Shown: piece by piece, positions 63,601-64,000 of the stretch
Position numbering within the stretch: the first letter of the stretch is position 1
Layout: each line of letters starts with the position of its first letter
NCBI GenBank assembly: GCA_964035545.1
Contig: OZ037766.1
Location: 14,126,722 to 14,190,721, forward strand
Source of the DNA: Bugula neritina
Taxonomy: Eukaryota; Animalia; Bryozoa
DNA: 64,000 nt
Reading direction: 5' to 3'
Notes under the pieces: model-generated
Database searches by the model: none
What the model saw: the letters and a program-made list of their open reading frames with translations, nothing else
Told to the model about the DNA's origin: nothing
Made by a program: the position numbers and the translations under genes

Positions 63601-63935
63601 ATGTATCTATTTTCACAGTTTGCATCCAAAAATTTGCAAAATTACACTATAAGATTAATAGCAGCTGGCCATTTCAAATACATAAATTCAAGTTACTTTT
63701 AAATTAAACATAACAAATCAGTACTTGCTCTACAAGTGTGTATTGCCCATGAGAGCTTTTTATTAACTTCGAGTAATAATAGCTGTCAAGTATAAACACT
63801 TACTAGCTGTTTAATAAAACTAAGCAGATACTTCATACAGTAGTGTCGCACATCATCATAATCTAGGTACTCCTGGAATCTTTCAATCAGCTCCTCTTGG
63901 TTTTCTGTAGACTGCACTAAACTTTCGATGATTTT
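60679..63935 (-). CDS. NOC4L: Nucleolar complex protein 4 homolog (CBF/Mak21 domain), 3' exons; the gene continues beyond the window
   Basis: Exons give ...ERFQEYLDYDDVRHY, LWLEFF, YKKILIALPDKIIPHLSDPLVVSDWLLSCYDKGGAVSLMALNGLFILMTQHSLEYPDFYTKLYS...FSVKYMARFFHLLDIFLQS, LPTYITAAFIKKLARMALTAPP...NLLIRH...DPF...CRAAESSLWEI, LQKHWHHRVA. The stop is at 60679-60681. Confidence 0.93.
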
Positions 63936-64000
63936 CTATAACATTGTAAATATTATATGCTGAAATTAGTACTAGAACCACGTGTAAACACCAGAGAAAA

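Overview
AT-rich, intron-containing DNA from an invertebrate metazoan; the species cannot be determined from the sequence. All exons were assembled by hand using GT-AG boundaries and reading phase, and family assignments are motif recognition, not database searches. Genes from left to right: CCDC87 (-), TRMO (+), a cryptic small multi-exon gene candidate (-), an STK32/YANK-type kinase (+), an SNX22/24-type PX protein (-), two tandemly duplicated 12-finger C2H2 zinc-finger genes (+), and the 3' part of NOC4L (-). Mobile DNA includes an RTE-clade LINE fragment, a Gypsy pol relic, a decayed Academ-type DNA transposon with both ends, and several MITEs (hAT with 8-bp TSD, TTAA/Kolobok-like, TA-TSD and unclassified). 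The most interesting observations are: (1) both ZNF paralogs carry an unannotated N-terminal module, a CxxC..CxxC ribbon plus an 'LLENYSxL' motif resembling the KRAB-A C-terminal helix (an NRF1/MADS-like fold is the alternative); (2) 1-2 kb non-coding domains with 3/6-bp periodicity sit at the three gene 5'/divergent-promoter regions; (3) a hairpin-rich, higher-GC ~230-nt island lies inside one of those domains and may be a structured RNA; (4) a hidden, possibly frameshifted orphan gene lies between TRMO and the kinase.
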